Shown: in pieces, positions 17,878-20,000 of the stretch
Numbering within the stretch: the stretch's first letter is position 1
Layout: the number at the start of each line of letters is the position of its first letter
Source of the DNA: an uncultured virus (IMG/VR IMGVR_UViG_3300011202_000008)
Taxonomy: Duplodnaviria > Heunggongvirae > Uroviricota > Caudoviricetes
Virus record (IMG/VR): IMGVR_UViG_3300011202_000008
Direction: 5' to 3' (one strand)
DNA length: 20,000 bases
Translations under genes and position numbers: made by a program
Notes under the pieces: model-generated
The model's input: the letters and a program-made list of their open reading frames with translations, nothing else
Told to the model about the DNA's origin: nothing
The model's database searches: none

Positions 17878-17946
17878 TGGATGCTCCGGTAGGACTCGAA
17901 CCTACGATCTCCGGCTTGTGAAGCCAGTCATCTCCTCTAGGGAACA
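17878..17946 (-). pseudogene. Degenerate tRNA with anticodon CAC and a collapsed D-arm; paralog of 19082-19158
   Basis: CTGGC-TTCACAA-GCCGG AGATC GTAGG-TTCGAGT-CCTAC CGGAGCA-T-CCA. The 3' half is nearly identical to the 19082 tRNA. Confidence 0.7.
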
Positions 17947-18027
17947 ATTCATTCTTCAATTTCTTCTAATATAATAAAAAACATCATTTTATAATACATA
18001 GTCTTAACAAAATACTCTTGATTCTAC

Positions 18028-18363
18028 TTAGATAACTGTAACTTTCTTTCTTTCTTTAATTTCATCAAAGACTCTTTTTATAATTAGTATAATAATTGTT
18101 AGCAGATAAAAAATAGGGTAACCATTTAAAAGAAGCGAATCTATTTCTTTTGAGTATACAAAACCACGTATCGGAGCGTCAGAAAGAAACACATGAAGTA
18201 CCACATCAACACTGTCAGTGAAATAAACTTTTAAAAAAGGCATTGAGAGTAACGCATAAAAAATACCAAACAAAATAGCCCAATGTGAATCATTATTTTT
18301 TAAAAGTAAAATTATACTCATACTAATCATAATTGCCGCTGCTACTACATATACACCTACCAT
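18028..18363 (-). CDS. Small predicted membrane protein inside the tRNA cluster
   Basis: 111 aa, about three hydrophobic segments, GGAG SD. Confidence 0.65.
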   Translation of the reverse strand: MVGVYVVAAAIMISMSIILLLKNNDSHWAILFGIFYALLSMPFLKVYFTDSVDVVLHVFLSDAPIRGFVYSKEIDSLLLNGYPIFYLLTIIILIIKRVFDEIKERKKVTVI

Positions 18364-18385
18364 AATATATACTCCAAATTAATAT

Positions 18386-18574
18386 TGAGGCATTGACGCA
18401 TTACCTCTGTTACGCTACTAACTACGTTTGGGAAGCCCTTACGGTGTCGGTGGAGTAGCCCATTGAACCTACTTTTTCCACCCTATTTTTTTATCAACTT
18501 GCCTTACGGCGTCAGTGGAATGACTTGATAAATCATTTTAATCCACTCAGAAATATTCAGCTAAATATTTCAAC
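18386..18574 (-). ncRNA. Candidate structured RNA with two tandem pseudoknot modules and a terminal hairpin
   Basis: Repeats GTGG..stem..CCAC-YGAC-[GTAA hairpin] and covaries with the copy at 18707-18837. Confidence 0.7.
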
Positions 18575-18650
18575 TGGTTGCGAAGGCAGGAATTGAACCT
18601 GCGACCTCCAGATTATGAGCCTAGCGAGATAACCACTTCTCCACTTCGCG
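18575..18650 (-). tRNA. tRNA-Met(CAT), initiator-like (C1:A72 mismatch)
   Basis: CGCGAAG...CTAGG-CTCATAA-TCTGG...GCAGG-TTCAATT-CCTGC-CTTCGCA-A-CCA. Confidence 0.9.
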
Positions 18651-18705
18651 GGGTTGTTCTTGTAGGAATCGAACCTACTATTCTGTTGAATAACCAATAG
18701 AACAA
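18651..18705 (-). other. Miniature tRNA-like element (acceptor stem, short hairpin and T-arm)
   Basis: TGTTCT/AGAACA stem, TATTC-AACA-GAATA, GTAGG-TTCGATT-CCTAC, ending ACCC. Confidence 0.55.
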
Positions 18706-18706
18706 T

Positions 18707-18837
18707 TGGTGGAGCATTGACGCGCTACTCCATGCAGAGCCACCTGCTACGTTTGGGCTTTCTCTTACGAGGTCAGTGGCGTAGCCCCATGCGCATACTA
18801 CGTTTACCCACTCAGGATTACTTGGCATTAATCCGAC
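18707..18837 (-). ncRNA. Candidate structured RNA with one pseudoknot module and a CCA-terminated hairpin
   Basis: Homologous to 18386-18574; ends GGAGTA-loop-TGCTCC-A-CCA. Confidence 0.7.
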
Positions 18838-18894
18838 TTGTTTATTTATAGGAATCGAACCTATACTCTTACGAGGTTTACCACAACAATATAT
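18838..18894 (-). other. Degenerate or miniature tRNA-like element
   Basis: D-like GTTGTGGTAAAC, CTC-GTAA-GAG hairpin and T-arm ATAGG-TTCGATT-CCTAT; weak acceptor stem. Confidence 0.45.
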
Positions 18895-18904
18895 TCTTGT
18901 TAAG

Positions 18905-18927
18905 AAAAGCTACCCGGAAGTAGCTTT
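18905..18927 (-). terminator. Hairpin, possible terminator or processing signal
   Basis: Minus strand reads AAAGCTACT-TCCG-GGTAGCTTT-TCTT. Confidence 0.5.
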
Positions 18928-18973
18928 AAATTTGTTATAATACTTAGTTATGAATAAATCTAAGCTTTGTATT

Positions 18974-19081
18974 TGGTTTAAAGGTTTTGTTTTCACAAAA
19001 AATGGCTTACTGATTCATCAGAAGTGCTACCATTAAAGTCGGATATTTTCTTTTTCAAGCGAACTTGAACTTCCTTTAAAC
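18974..19081 (-). ncRNA. Candidate ~105-nt multibranch RNA immediately 3' of tRNA-Met
   Basis: GTTTAAAGG/CCTTTAAAC closing stem; TTCAAG-TTCG-CTTGAA, AATGG/CCATT and TTTGT-GAAA-ACAAA hairpins. Confidence 0.5.
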
Positions 19082-19158
19082 TGGTTGCTCCGGTAGGATT
19101 CGAACCTACGATCTCTGGCTTATGAGGCCAGCGAGGACAACCACTCCTCCACGGTGCT
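19082..19158 (-). tRNA. tRNA-Met(CAT) with A1:A72 and A4:A69 mismatches
   Basis: AGCACCG...CTGGC-CTCATAA-GCCAG...GTAGG-TTCGAAT-CCTAC-CGGAGCA-A-CCA. Confidence 0.85.
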
Positions 19159-19194
19159 ACTGAATAACTCATTGTGTTTGCTGAGTAGAAACGT

Positions 19195-19223
19195 ATAATA
19201 CGCTTTATTAAAATGCAAGTCAA
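19195..19223 (-). promoter_or_regulatory. Sigma70 promoter driving the tRNA/ncRNA cluster
   Basis: TTGACT-17 nt-TATTAT with an AT-rich UP-like tract upstream. Confidence 0.7.
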
Positions 19224-19255
19224 ATACTTTTTTATATATTTTTATTCATTTTTTG

Positions 19256-19328
19256 CCACCTTAGCTGGACTCGAACCAGCAACCTTTTCTTTCGGAAAGA
19301 ACTGCTCTATCCATTGAGCTATAAGATG
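19256..19328 (-). tRNA. tRNA-Arg(CCG); CCA not encoded (CAA follows)
   Basis: CATCTTA/TAAGGTG acceptor, GCTC-AATGGATA-GAGC D-arm with A20, loop TTCCGAA, GCTGG-TTCGAGT-CCAGC. Confidence 0.88.
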
Positions 19329-19400
19329 AGATTTTTAATTGAATATTTCCATTAATATATATTAAACTATCTCATAATACAACTAAAAAAGGTTCATAGA

Positions 19401-20000
19401 ATGAATGCAGAGAATATCATAAATCAAATATCAAAAGAAAAAGAAAGTTTCCTTGATCAATTCAATGAAAAAAAACGATTTGATAAAGAAACAAGAGATT
19501 ACTTTGATTTTTTAAGTTCAGATGATGGAGCAGCAGCTTTTGTTTTATGTTTTATGAGTTCTATGGTTATTTCAGCCATATCTGGCATCACTTTAGCTCA
19601 TCTTTTTCCAGCAATAAAGGATATTCTTGATGGTTTCTTTATTTTCCCTTTATCTATATGTTTTGGTGTGCTTATTGTTTTTACTGTTAATAAAAGTATT
19701 TCTAGACTTATTTTCAATAGACTTTATAATAACAGAGATAAAAATAATATTATAAGTAAACTTTTTAAATCTTATTTTTACAAAGCAAATATCTCTGATG
19801 AAATTCATAACATGCTAAAAGTTTATCTTTCAGATGATGATTATGTTCATTTGGTTAAAAAAGGAATTACCTATAAAAACGCATATAGTATTCTCAATGA
19901 AATTGTTGAAAACGAAAAGATTATAGCCAATAAAAGAGAAGTCTTTTTAACACCAGAAGAAATTAAAAAATACCAATATTCAAATAATAAGGATTCATAA
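19401..20000 (+). CDS. Hypothetical membrane protein with two TM segments
   Basis: 199-aa ORF with AAGG SD, ending TAA at the window edge. Confidence 0.7.
   Translation: MNAENIINQISKEKESFLDQFNEKKRFDKETRDYFDFLSSDDGAAAFVLCFMSSMVISAISGITLAHLFPAIKDILDGFFIFPLSICFGVLIVFTVNKSISRLIFNRLYNNRDKNNIISKLFKSYFYKANISDEIHNMLKVYLSDDDYVHLVKKGITYKNAYSILNEIVENEKIIANKREVFLTPEEIKKYQYSNNKDS

Noticed and set aside
18707..18732. 3' end CTCCACCA resembling tmRNA
   Set aside because: No adjacent T-arm, no G3:U70 pair and no tag reading frame were found.
18386..18837. CRISPR array or retron msr-msd
   Set aside because: The repeats are structural rather than identical direct repeats with regular spacers, and no cas or reverse transcriptase gene is in the window.
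18990..19022. CTGATGA...GAAA on the minus strand resembling a hammerhead ribozyme core
   Set aside because: The sequence between CTGATGA and GAAA does not form stem II, and CTGAT pairs locally with ATCAG instead.
18613..19223. ORFs 18613-18828 and 18993-19223
   Set aside because: They overlap tRNA genes and structured RNAs, so they are treated as spurious.

Overview
AT-rich accessory region (roughly 70% A+T by eye) of a large mobile element, either a megaplasmid or a jumbo phage, probably of an enterobacterial host. No replication, capsid or integrase gene is in view, so the element type is inferred. Coding content: the 3' part of an NAD kinase, a T4 Rnl1-like RNA ligase, a MYG1-family hydrolase, two tandem NudF-like Nudix hydrolases, and two convergent PilV (shufflon-type) adhesins, one fused to a phage tail-collar/tail-fibre tip. 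It also holds a metallophosphoesterase, an HExxH protein, a MazG-like protein, an ATP-grasp protein, a guanidine-II riboswitch-controlled gdx/sugE, an ADP-ribosylglycohydrolase and several hypotheticals. The most unusual part is a ~2 kb minus-strand RNA cluster (17362-19328). It contains three initiator-like tRNA-Met(CAT), a tRNA-Arg(CCG), decayed and miniature tRNA-like elements, and structured non-coding RNAs directly after each tRNA-Met. These RNAs are a pseudoknotted module present in three covarying copies, a ~330-nt multi-pseudoknot RNA and a ~105-nt multibranch RNA. All folds were read by eye and no searches were run.
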